Source of the DNA: Candidatus Latescibacterota bacterium
GTDB lineage: Bacteria; Latescibacterota; UBA2968; UBA8231
DNA: 64,000 nt
Reading direction: 5' to 3'
Assembly: GCA_965243025.1 (NCBI GenBank)
Contig: CBDETY010000003.1
Span: 1,760,001 to 1,824,000, forward strand
A model generated the notes under the pieces. That model saw nothing but the letters and a program-made list of their open reading frames with translations, was not told the DNA's origin and did not search any database. Both the position numbers and the translations under genes were made by a program. Positions 30,961 to 39,371 of this stretch are shown here, one piece after another; position 1 is the stretch's first letter, and every line of letters starts with the position of its first letter.

Positions 30961-31795
30961 AAAACGGGTTGTTCGTTTTTTCTTCCCCCACGGTCGTCGC
31001 CGGCCCATGCCCGGGGTAAAGGATCACCTGGTCTTCCAGCGCGAGGATGCCTTCGCGAACCGCTTGGCGCTGCCCTTCGTAGGCGACGCGGCTTCGCGTT
31101 CCCCCGAGGGATCCGGCAAACAGGGCATCCCCCACAAATGCGAAATGGTCGTGGACGATGGTCATCCCTCCCGGTGTGTGACCGCCCGTGGCGGTCACTG
31201 TGAACTGGAGATTGCCAACCGTCACAATCTGCCCTTCTTCCAGTTCACCTTCGATCTTGGTGCGCAGATTCCCGAGCATTGGGGAATCCGCACGACTGAT
31301 GAAGGCGGGAGCACCTGTCGCCTGACATACCTCGGACAGCGCCCCCGTATGGTCTCCGTGGCCATGCGTGAGAAGCACTGAGACAATGCGGAGATCCAGC
31401 GTCTCTACGGTTTTCAGTATTTTTTCCGCCTCGAATCCCGGGTCGATGACCGTTCCCTGTCCGGTTTCGGCGCAGCCAACGACGTAACCGTTCATCAGGA
31501 AATCGCGGCCGAGCACCAGCATCTCCACGACCGCCCCGGCGACCGGACGCCCTGCCGGGAACAGCGGAAAAAACCGTTTACCCGCACTCGCCCGGAGTTT
31601 GTCGCGAGCGAGGCCCAGGATGTCGGCCAGGCGGTCAACCGCCTCGACGTGCGGGGTCAGCCGATACTCCTCGATCCGGTTCAGATCTTCCTCGCTCAGC
31701 CCGGAAAGACGGGCGAGCCGCGCTGTAGACATCTCCTGCCCGCGACGAGCTTTACCGACCACGTCCCCGAACTCGTCCTCAAGCTGCATGTACAT
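30953..31795 (-). CDS. XRE-type HTH fused to MBL-fold (glyoxalase II-like) hydrolase
   Basis: N-terminal ARRGQEMSTARLARLSGLS..L.RIE; THGHGDH, GHTPG, GDALF, PGHG. Confidence 0.85.
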   Translation of the reverse strand: MYMQLEDEFGDVVGKARRGQEMSTARLARLSGLSEEDLNRIEEYRLTPHVEAVDRLADILGLARDKLRASAGKRFFPLFPAGRPVAGAVVEMLVLGRDFLMNGYVVGCAETGQGTVIDPGFEAEKILKTVETLDLRIVSVLLTHGHGDHTGALSEVCQATGAPAFISRADSPMLGNLRTKIEGELEEGQIVTVGNLQFTVTATGGHTPGGMTIVHDHFAFVGDALFAGSLGGTRSRVAYEGQRQAVREGILALEDQVILYPGHGPATTVGEEKTNNPFFN

Positions 31796-31854
31796 GTTTG
31801 TTCCCTTTCCTGAAATCCGTGCCGGTCAGCGCCGAGGGCAAAGCCCGGGCTGTG

Positions 31855-32484
31855 CTATCCCCCCATTTCGAGGGAAGCCACCAGCTGTTCGAAATCGACG
31901 GTCCAGAGACCAACGGAAGCCTGGGAGCCAGTCAGTTTCAGGTGGTAGACGGTATTTCCTGCCCTGACAATGGCTGCAAGCATGCGGAATTCCGGTACGA
32001 CCTTGCCGGCCATGGGACCCATGCCCCCCTTCAAGGTTCCGCTGATATCGACGACAGTGGCGGTGATTCCCCTGCCCCCGGAGACTTCCCAACGGCGTGC
32101 GACTTCTGCGGTCGGAGTCCCGTCCGGCTGCTCGAACTGACCGTACCAGCGATTCACATTGTCGTCGGTGCTGCCCCCGATTCCGGAGAACACCGCCAAC
32201 TCGGCGTCGCCGGCAGCCGATCCATCGGGGGCCGGAAGAACATACTCTGCAATCCGCATGCTGCTTGAGGGAGGCCGCGACATCCACCCTTCCGGTATCC
32301 TGACGAGCAGGTTTCCCCAGCGTTCCCCGGTGCCACCAGCCGGGCGGCCGCTGACGGCGGTGCCCGTCGGAAGCGGTGTGAATCCTTTCTCCATCAAAGC
32401 CTCATCCACTGGTTTTTCGCTGTAATTCTGACTGCATGAGAACAGTGGAAAGAGGATAAGAAATAAAATTAGGTTTTCTCTCAC
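31855..32484 (-). CDS. Hypothetical lipoprotein
   Basis: Hydrophobic leader ending in an LFSC lipobox; PEGW...SSMR and NVNRWYGQF motifs. Confidence 0.7.
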   Translation of the reverse strand: MRENLILFLILFPLFSCSQNYSEKPVDEALMEKGFTPLPTGTAVSGRPAGGTGERWGNLLVRIPEGWMSRPPSSSMRIAEYVLPAPDGSAAGDAELAVFSGIGGSTDDNVNRWYGQFEQPDGTPTAEVARRWEVSGGRGITATVVDISGTLKGGMGPMAGKVVPEFRMLAAIVRAGNTVYHLKLTGSQASVGLWTVDFEQLVASLEMGG

Positions 32485-32641
32485 ATTGGTTCTCCAAGAA
32501 TGAGTTACACTGACAGGATTTTCGATCATCGGCAAAGAATATCCAGTGGTGGGAACATCCTCAAATGATACAGTCCCGTCCCTTCAGAGAAAGAAACCGG
32601 AGGAAGAACGCGAGAAATCAAAAGGGACACACAGACCCCTC

Positions 32642-33217
32642 TCAGCCTCGCTGCCGGTAGAGATCGGGATTTACCGCATTCGCCATGGCCTCCACATCGA
32701 GCCCTCCCCCGAGAAACTCACTCACCCTGCCGGCCTCACGGCGGGGGTCCGCATGCACCTGTTCAAAACGGAGGTAGAGGACCTCGAAATTCCCCGCATG
32801 CTCCCGCAGCCAATTTTGCATGGCCTCGAGGTGTTTGACGAATGCCGCACGCAGGCAGGATTCGCCCTCACGACCCGGGCTCTTTCCACGGCGAACCATC
32901 ATTTCCCGCTGCGAAGCCAGCAGCTCATCGAGGTCGCGGAGCATGAAGATCACCCGGTAGCGACGGTCCAGGGGAAGGTCCTGAAGCAGCCACGAGACCA
33001 CCTTTACCGCCATCCCCGCCCCTCGATCAAGGCAGTCCGGATTCTCGGACATCCGCTTTACCGGCTCGAACTCGAAGTACCCCTGCGGGTTGTCGCAGTC
33101 GGGAGCACGAACGCCGTCCGTGAGCAGGGGCACTCCGCCGGCCGCCAGCATTTCCATCATCATCGAGGTTCCGGATCTCGGGATCCCTGACACCACGACA
33201 GGTCCGCTTCCGATCAC
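32642..33217 (-). CDS. Sulfotransferase family protein
   Basis: 5'-PSB loop SGIPRSGTSMMM, NPQGYFE, IFMLRD...LASQ. Confidence 0.8.
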   Translation of the reverse strand: MIGSGPVVVSGIPRSGTSMMMEMLAAGGVPLLTDGVRAPDCDNPQGYFEFEPVKRMSENPDCLDRGAGMAVKVVSWLLQDLPLDRRYRVIFMLRDLDELLASQREMMVRRGKSPGREGESCLRAAFVKHLEAMQNWLREHAGNFEVLYLRFEQVHADPRREAGRVSEFLGGGLDVEAMANAVNPDLYRQRG

Positions 33218-33554
33218 GTCCCTTACGCCGTCTCCCTGGCCCTCCCGGTCTGGGAATCACTCATCCACCGAGCGCCGTCGCTTCATCGGGTTCCCGGACC
33301 TGGTGTATCGACCGGGCACAAAAAAGGACCTCGGGAAAAGGAGGTCATTCGGAAAACCGAGCCATTTCCAGGAGCCCTGGTGGAAACCGGTCATGGGGAT
33401 GGACGGAGAGGAGTCCGACTGATTCTGCCGGTGGGATGAAAACCAGTGCCGCAGCCTTTTCGTGATCCGGGCATGCAATAACCGACCCGGAAGAGGAGGT
33501 CGGCTCTCCATCCGTTCAGCAACAGCGTGCATTGCCCTGAGCCTCAACCGGAAA

Positions 33555-34181
33555 TCAGAAACTGATGACGATACCCGCACTGATCTCGTTGTACTGGACT
33601 GTGTAGTCCTCGGTTGCCAGGTCGGCTCCCGTTACTTCCTCAACCTGCCTGGAAACCTCGGCAGAAACGGCTCCCCTGACGGAAAACACCAGGTATTGGC
33701 GGAGGTCGAAACGGATATCCAACCGCTCCTGAACCCGGTAGCGGACTCCTCCGCCATAGCTCAAGGAAGTGCTCGTCTGCAGTTCGGATATCGCATCCAG
33801 AGTCTGCAGAAGGTCGGCGTCCTCGATGTTACCTGGGGGATCGGTGGCAGTCAGGGTCACCGCCCCCAGACCCACCCCCGCAAACGGCTTGAGATTGCCG
33901 GTCGGAAAATTGACCAGGAATCGCCCTTCGTAGAATACTGCGGTCGTGGTGGTTTTCTCCACACCGAGGATATCCCGGGTCGGCCGCGAGATCATCAGGG
34001 AGGTTTCTCCCCCGAAAGTCGCTCCCGATCTTCCCCAGCGCAGACCGAACCCGGGGGCGCTCTCGAGATTGACGTCCTCGTCGAACTCCACAGTTCCCGC
34101 GAAGGCAGACAGATCTGCGCCGGCGGGCGCAGTCGCCAGGGCGGCTGCAATGGCGGCGGCTGCAGCTAGGCGGGCTCGCAT
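33555..34181 (-). CDS. Small outer-membrane beta-barrel protein
   Basis: Signal peptide, amphipathic strands (PFAGVGLG, YGGGVRY), terminal Phe. Confidence 0.75.
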   Translation of the reverse strand: MRARLAAAAAIAAALATAPAGADLSAFAGTVEFDEDVNLESAPGFGLRWGRSGATFGGETSLMISRPTRDILGVEKTTTTAVFYEGRFLVNFPTGNLKPFAGVGLGAVTLTATDPPGNIEDADLLQTLDAISELQTSTSLSYGGGVRYRVQERLDIRFDLRQYLVFSVRGAVSAEVSRQVEEVTGADLATEDYTVQYNEISAGIVISF

Positions 34182-34290
34182 GGTGCAACTCCTTGTGAGA
34201 AACGTAGTTGTCGGAAATCTGACCGCTTCTGTCGAATGGTACCGAAGCCCATCTCCATCCGCAAGCAGTGGTGACTTCGTTCAGTCGAGT

Positions 34291-35061
34291 TCAGTCGAGA
34301 TTGGGCCGTTCCAGGAACACCGTCACCCCGAGGTCGGCGTACCGCGGCCTGCGGTCCGGGGTCCCGGTTCGGAAGCAGATCGCCGTTTCCGTACCGGCAA
34401 TTGATTTCGCTATCGCCCCGACACATTCCTCGACCGATCTGTACGGAGGATGGGGGTGAGCCTCGATGTCGAACCCGAGATCGGATGGCCCTATCGACAG
34501 ACAGTCGACCTCCGGTCTGGCCAGCTTGTGGGCCTGCAACGTCGCCGAAAGAGACTCTATCTGAAGCCATAGCACGCCGTTCTCGTTCCACCAGTCAGCG
34601 TAAGCCCTGGGGTCCGCCCAAGCGCCGACCTTGAGGCGCGCTCCTCCGCCGAGGCTCCGCCTCCCCAGCGGGGGGTAGTAGAAATTCTCGACCGCTTCGA
34701 AGGCGGTCCGCTCCGTCTCCGTCTGGGGCACCTCGATACCCCCGGCTCCGAAATCGAGGAAGTTGCCGATCAGCTGGCAGTGCATCGCGTGCTTGATCCG
34801 GAAGCGCACCGGAAGGTCGAACTCGTCCGCAAGCGCACAGAACTCTACCAGCTGCGAGTCCTCGACCGCCGAGTGCTGCCCGTCTGTAAACGCGAACCCG
34901 TACGACTCATGGTCCATGGCGCGCTCGAAGTACTCCCTGGCCGCATCGATCGGTGCCCCCAGACCGATGACGGTTTCTCCGTTGCGGATTCTCTGCTTCA
35001 GTCCACTCGCTTTCACGGTTTCTCCTGCTGTTCGGATGAGGGATGACCTGAGAGTCTCCAA
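34291..35061 (-). CDS. HpcH/HpaI aldolase family protein
   Basis: LKQRIRNGE, DGQHS, YPPLGRRS, QIES, IGPSDL. Confidence 0.85.
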   Translation of the reverse strand: METLRSSLIRTAGETVKASGLKQRIRNGETVIGLGAPIDAAREYFERAMDHESYGFAFTDGQHSAVEDSQLVEFCALADEFDLPVRFRIKHAMHCQLIGNFLDFGAGGIEVPQTETERTAFEAVENFYYPPLGRRSLGGGARLKVGAWADPRAYADWWNENGVLWLQIESLSATLQAHKLARPEVDCLSIGPSDLGFDIEAHPHPPYRSVEECVGAIAKSIAGTETAICFRTGTPDRRPRYADLGVTVFLERPNLD

Positions 35062-35194
35062 TCAGGGCTGAGGTTCCGGCCGCTATCGAATCCTCGACCA
35101 ACACCGGAGACACCGGGAAATCAATTGCAGGGGGCCCCGAACTCCAAACCCGGGCCCCTTGCTCCTTGTGTCCCCCTCTTCGAAGGTTGTGACC

Positions 35195-36706
35195 ATGCTG
35201 CAGCGCACCTTTCCCCCAGCTGCCGCCGCTCTCGGATGGCTTCTCGCAGCACCCGGGGCCTCGCAGCCTGCCGACACCTTGGCCTCCCCCTCGGTGGTCG
35301 GATCGATTTCCGTTTTCGGAAACAGCCGCACCCGCCCCGAAGTAATCCGGCGCGAGTTGCTTTTCGCCAGCGGCGAACGCCTGGACACCAACCTCGTGCG
35401 AGAGAGCGAGCGCAATCTCCGCCGCCTTCTGTTTCTCGGAGACGTGCGGGTGCGCCTGCTTCCGCCTGCGCCGGAAGCCGACAGCGTCGACATCTCGGTG
35501 GAAGTGAGAGACCTGTACTCCCGGGCGGTATCCCCCCTCTTCTCCGGGGAAGTGGGCGAGGTCAGCTACGGCCTCGTCGCTCTTGATTACAACTTTCTCG
35601 GCCGTGGCCAGGTAGTGAAGGCGTCCGCCCGTCACGATGCCGTATCGGGAAACAGCGCCGGGCTTTTTTTTGGCGAGCCACGGTTGCTGGGTTCACACAT
35701 CGGTTTCCGCACCCAGCTCGAGCTCGCCGAGGAAGGCCACCTCGCGACTTTTTCCCTTTCGCAGCCGTACTATTCGCTGTCGTCACCCTGGAGGTTCGGC
35801 GTGGCCTTGCGCAGTTCCGAGAGCCTGGCACGGCAGTACTCATCCGGAGAGCTGACCGCCCGCTACCGAAGCAGCCTGGGGTCCGCAGGTATCTGGGCCG
35901 GCCACTCCGCCGGAGACCGGATCAAGATCCGACCGAGTGTCCGTCTCGACATCTCCGACCAGGTCTTCGAACCGATGCCCCCCTTCCTGCATGCGCCAGA
36001 AGACCGGCGGCGGGTCGTCGTCAGCGCCGGAATCCTCATTTGGCAGCCCCGTTACGCCAAGACCCGATTTCTGCAGTCCCTGGGACGTACCCAAGACCTC
36101 CAGACCGGCAGCTGGGGGGGAGCCAGCCTCTCCCTTTCCCACCGGACACCAGGCTCGGACCGGACTTTTCCCACCCTCGCCGCGCAGGTAGCCCCCCGCC
36201 TGAACCCGCGGCCCGGCATCTACCTGTTCTCCAGCTTTTTCGCAAGCTCCCGCATTGTGGAAGGGACCTGGTCAAACTTCGTCACCACGTCCCGAATTCA
36301 GGCTTTCGTGCAGGTTTTCCAGGTTCACAGCCTGGCCTTTCGCAGCAGTTATTCCGCAATCGCTCGGCCCGACGACCCGGCACAGTACCTGCTTGGGCTG
36401 AACCGTGGCCTTCGCGGCTATCCCCCGAGGAGCTTCGACGGCCGGCAAAGGCTGCTCTTCAACCTTGAAGCCCGGCCGACGATCAAGCGCACCCCCTTCT
36501 ACGTTCTGGCAGGCGCGGTTTTTTTCGATGCCGGGGAGGCGTGGTACCCGGGAGAAGATATCGACCTGAAACCGGCGGCTGGAATCGGGGGGCGGATCGG
36601 ATGGCCGCGGATTTACGATGCCCCGATCATGCGCGCCGACCTTGCCCGCGGACTTGCCCGGGGCGGAGTCTGGCAGCTTTCCTTCGGGATCGGTCAGTAT
36701 TGGTAG
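35195..36706 (+). CDS. Omp85/TamA-family outer membrane protein with POTRA domain
   Basis: GNSRTRPEVIRREL, NFLGRGQ, LRGY lid motif, FFDAG, terminal FGIGQYW. Confidence 0.82.
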   Translation: MLQRTFPPAAAALGWLLAAPGASQPADTLASPSVVGSISVFGNSRTRPEVIRRELLFASGERLDTNLVRESERNLRRLLFLGDVRVRLLPPAPEADSVDISVEVRDLYSRAVSPLFSGEVGEVSYGLVALDYNFLGRGQVVKASARHDAVSGNSAGLFFGEPRLLGSHIGFRTQLELAEEGHLATFSLSQPYYSLSSPWRFGVALRSSESLARQYSSGELTARYRSSLGSAGIWAGHSAGDRIKIRPSVRLDISDQVFEPMPPFLHAPEDRRRVVVSAGILIWQPRYAKTRFLQSLGRTQDLQTGSWGGASLSLSHRTPGSDRTFPTLAAQVAPRLNPRPGIYLFSSFFASSRIVEGTWSNFVTTSRIQAFVQVFQVHSLAFRSSYSAIARPDDPAQYLLGLNRGLRGYPPRSFDGRQRLLFNLEARPTIKRTPFYVLAGAVFFDAGEAWYPGEDIDLKPAAGIGGRIGWPRIYDAPIMRADLARGLARGGVWQLSFGIGQYW

Positions 36707-36731
36707 GAACTGCCGGGAAGCGGACGGATTC

Positions 36732-37898
36732 TCAACGGGTCTCGCGCACCGACAAGCGCACTTTCTGGGGAGTGACCCCCAGGATTTCCAGGGTGGTTGG
36801 ATGGAGCACGTCGTCACGTGAAACGGCGAAAGTCCGGCGTTTGAGCTTGACCAGCGAGGTATTGCCGATCACCAGCTGGAAGTCCTCCGGACTTGCAAGC
36901 AGCAACTCCCGGCGCGGGCCGGCCACCTGCACCTCCACAACGTCCGGATCCACCCCTTCCAGGACATAGCCCTCCGGCATCCCCTCCACCACCACCGGAA
37001 CCGGGAGGGTGACTTGCTCGACGGTCGAGCCGGGCACAAGCACCGTCCAGCTTGCCAGGGCCAAGGCAAAGGCGACAACCGCTTCAAGCCCCCGGCGCCA
37101 AAGCTGCGGCCATTTTTGGCGGCCTGGGCCCAATCCGGAGCGCGGGCCGAGTTTCGCCAGATGCCCGCGCAGGACGTCGATCAGGTGTTCGGGATTATCG
37201 AGAACCTGCAGTTCGCCGGCACTGGCTACCGCTACCGTTCCACGCTCCTCCGACACCACCACGCAAAGCGCATCGCAGCGTTCTGCCAGCCCCCGTGCCG
37301 CGGCATGCCGCGTACCACCTGGCCCCAAGTGGGGGTGATCTTCCGAAATCGGGAGGAGAGCGGAGAAGCGTCCAAGACGGTCCCCCTGAACGAGAACCGC
37401 GCCGTCGTGGCCAGGTGACCGGGGGTCGAAAATACTGAGGAGAAGTTCCTCGCTGATGGCAGCGTCGAGGGGTATGCCCCCATGCAGATGGCGTTCAACC
37501 GGCTCGCGGCCCGGAACGACCACGAGCGCGCCGATGTGCATCCGGGCCAGGCGCAACAAGGCCCCGGCCAGGGTGGAAATACCATCGGTCCGGGTACGGG
37601 CCGGACGGCGGCGCAGCCCGAACACGGCGATCTGCTCGAAAAGCCGCCGCAGATCGTCCTGGAATACCACCACCAGCAGGATGACCACCATTGCGAAGAA
37701 GCCCTGGAAAAACCACGCGGTCAGCTGCAATTCCAGCTGCAGGGCAAGGAGATAGAACGCGCCCAGGAAACCCAGACCCAGAAGCGCCAGACCGGCATGG
37801 ACGCGGCGGGCCCAGGCCATCAAAGCCCAGAGCAGCAGGCTCACTACCCCGACATCGGCAAGCTCGTCCCACCCTATCTCGAGCAGTGAGCCCAACAT
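36732..37898 (-). CDS. dacA: Membrane diadenylate cyclase (CdaA/DacA) with C-terminal YbbR-like domain
   Basis: Three TM segments, VVFQDDLRR, HDGAV, GTRHAAA, VVSEERG, then a TM segment and a YbbR-like beta domain. Confidence 0.88.
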   Translation of the reverse strand: MLGSLLEIGWDELADVGVVSLLLWALMAWARRVHAGLALLGLGFLGAFYLLALQLELQLTAWFFQGFFAMVVILLVVVFQDDLRRLFEQIAVFGLRRRPARTRTDGISTLAGALLRLARMHIGALVVVPGREPVERHLHGGIPLDAAISEELLLSIFDPRSPGHDGAVLVQGDRLGRFSALLPISEDHPHLGPGGTRHAAARGLAERCDALCVVVSEERGTVAVASAGELQVLDNPEHLIDVLRGHLAKLGPRSGLGPGRQKWPQLWRRGLEAVVAFALALASWTVLVPGSTVEQVTLPVPVVVEGMPEGYVLEGVDPDVVEVQVAGPRRELLLASPEDFQLVIGNTSLVKLKRRTFAVSRDDVLHPTTLEILGVTPQKVRLSVRETR

Positions 37899-38079
37899 GC
37901 AACATCAATTCCGCAGGAAAGAGCCGCGGAACTCGCGGGGATCAGTGGGAACCGGGCCGCGAAAAGGAGGTGCTCCCCCTCTCGACGAGGGCCAAACCGG
38001 AAGGCGCGCCGGAAAGCTTCTTCCCTCGCATGCAGGGAGGTTGTCGCGTTGAAGGAAGGGGGGAGGAAGAGAGGTATGG

Positions 38080-38116
38080 AAAAGGCGCCCACGACCTCGG
38101 TTGTCGTGGACGCCCT
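38080..38116 (-). terminator. Intrinsic terminator after ompA-family gene
   Basis: Minus strand gggcgtccacgac-loop-gtcgtgggcgcc followed by TTTT. Confidence 0.65.
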
Positions 38117-38160
38117 CATTACCGCAACAGACAAAAAGAAATGCTTACTCGGAGAAGTGC

Positions 38161-39222
38161 TTACTCGGAGATTATTATCTCCACGCGGCGATTTTGCCCA
38201 CGCCCATCCTTGGTGGCGTTGCTGGCGACCGGTTCACTCTCACCCTTGGATTCGACACTCATGCGTCCGTCTTCGATCCCCCTGGACATCAGGTACTTCT
38301 GGACCGAAACCGCCCGCCTCATGCCCAGCCTGGAATTGTACCAGGCGCTGCCGGTACTGTCGGTGTGGCCGCGCAGCAGCACCCCCATCTCCGGTTGCCC
38401 TTCCAGATCCATGACAACCTCGTCGAGAATCCCCTTGGCTCCATCGGAGAGTTTCGAAGAGTTCAGGGCGAACAGAACCACTCTGGGAGCCGGCATCTCA
38501 ATCTCTGGCTCTTCGACGACCTCTTCCATCGGAGGTTCCGGGGCCGGTTGCTCGACAGGGGGAGGAGCCACCGGTTCGGGCATGGGAGCGACCGGGACCG
38601 GCGGCGGACCGAAGCTGCCGAGGGTCAGCCCCACCCTGCCTTGCAGGGAGGCGTCGTTCCCTCCCTCTTCCACCGCGTTGACGGCATCGCTGAGGGCCAT
38701 CTCATACCCTATGCTGACCTCCAGGGCGAGATTGTCCGAAAGTTTGTACTGGATTCCGGTGCCCAATGGAACCATCGGAACCGAGCCGATGACGTCCAGT
38801 CCAGGGGTGCGCAAAGGGGAAATCTCGGGTTGATCCCAGTCGTAACGAATCAGGCCGACGCCCCCGAAAAGGAACAGGTTCCAATCACTCCGGGTGATCG
38901 GGCTGAACAGCAGGCGGCCGCTGATGGTCGCCACATCGGTTGCGGAATCGGTGGCCAGGAAGCGCTCGAATCCCCCGTTGAGCTCGAACTGCCAGTTCGG
39001 CAGCAGACCCCGCCTCAAATAGGCAGTCCCCTGCAGGCCCATCTGGTTCTCCAACTCGGTAATGGGCAATAGGCCTCCCGCGCCGCCTCCGGCGGTGACA
39101 CCTGCCGTCCCGCCCGGGTCGAACTGGGCCGGGGCGGGCGATGCCCATATCAATCCACCCGCGATGAGCGCGAGGACCGCGAGTGAAACCTGCTGAAACG
39201 GGTGCGTGATTTTCATTTCCAT
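38161..39222 (-). CDS. OmpA family protein
   Basis: Signal peptide, beta-barrel, Pro-rich linker, GHTDSTG...N..L..RRA, NRRVEI. Confidence 0.92.
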   Translation of the reverse strand: MEMKITHPFQQVSLAVLALIAGGLIWASPAPAQFDPGGTAGVTAGGGAGGLLPITELENQMGLQGTAYLRRGLLPNWQFELNGGFERFLATDSATDVATISGRLLFSPITRSDWNLFLFGGVGLIRYDWDQPEISPLRTPGLDVIGSVPMVPLGTGIQYKLSDNLALEVSIGYEMALSDAVNAVEEGGNDASLQGRVGLTLGSFGPPPVPVAPMPEPVAPPPVEQPAPEPPMEEVVEEPEIEMPAPRVVLFALNSSKLSDGAKGILDEVVMDLEGQPEMGVLLRGHTDSTGSAWYNSRLGMRRAVSVQKYLMSRGIEDGRMSVESKGESEPVASNATKDGRGQNRRVEIIISE

Positions 39223-39371
39223 TCTCTTTCCTTATGTAGTGGAAACCTACGTCCTTAATTATAACGGAGATCGGTTAATTTGGCGCAAGTAAATTTCGAG
39301 TGCCGTCGAAAAACCAGGCACGAGAGACGGCTCACCCCCCTCTTTTGCCAGCGATTTTTTCTTCTGTCGGC

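Noticed and set aside
33257-33580. Small ORF between the beta-barrel and sulfotransferase genes
   Set aside because: No convincing RBS or motif, and it overlaps a terminator-like hairpin; probably intergenic.
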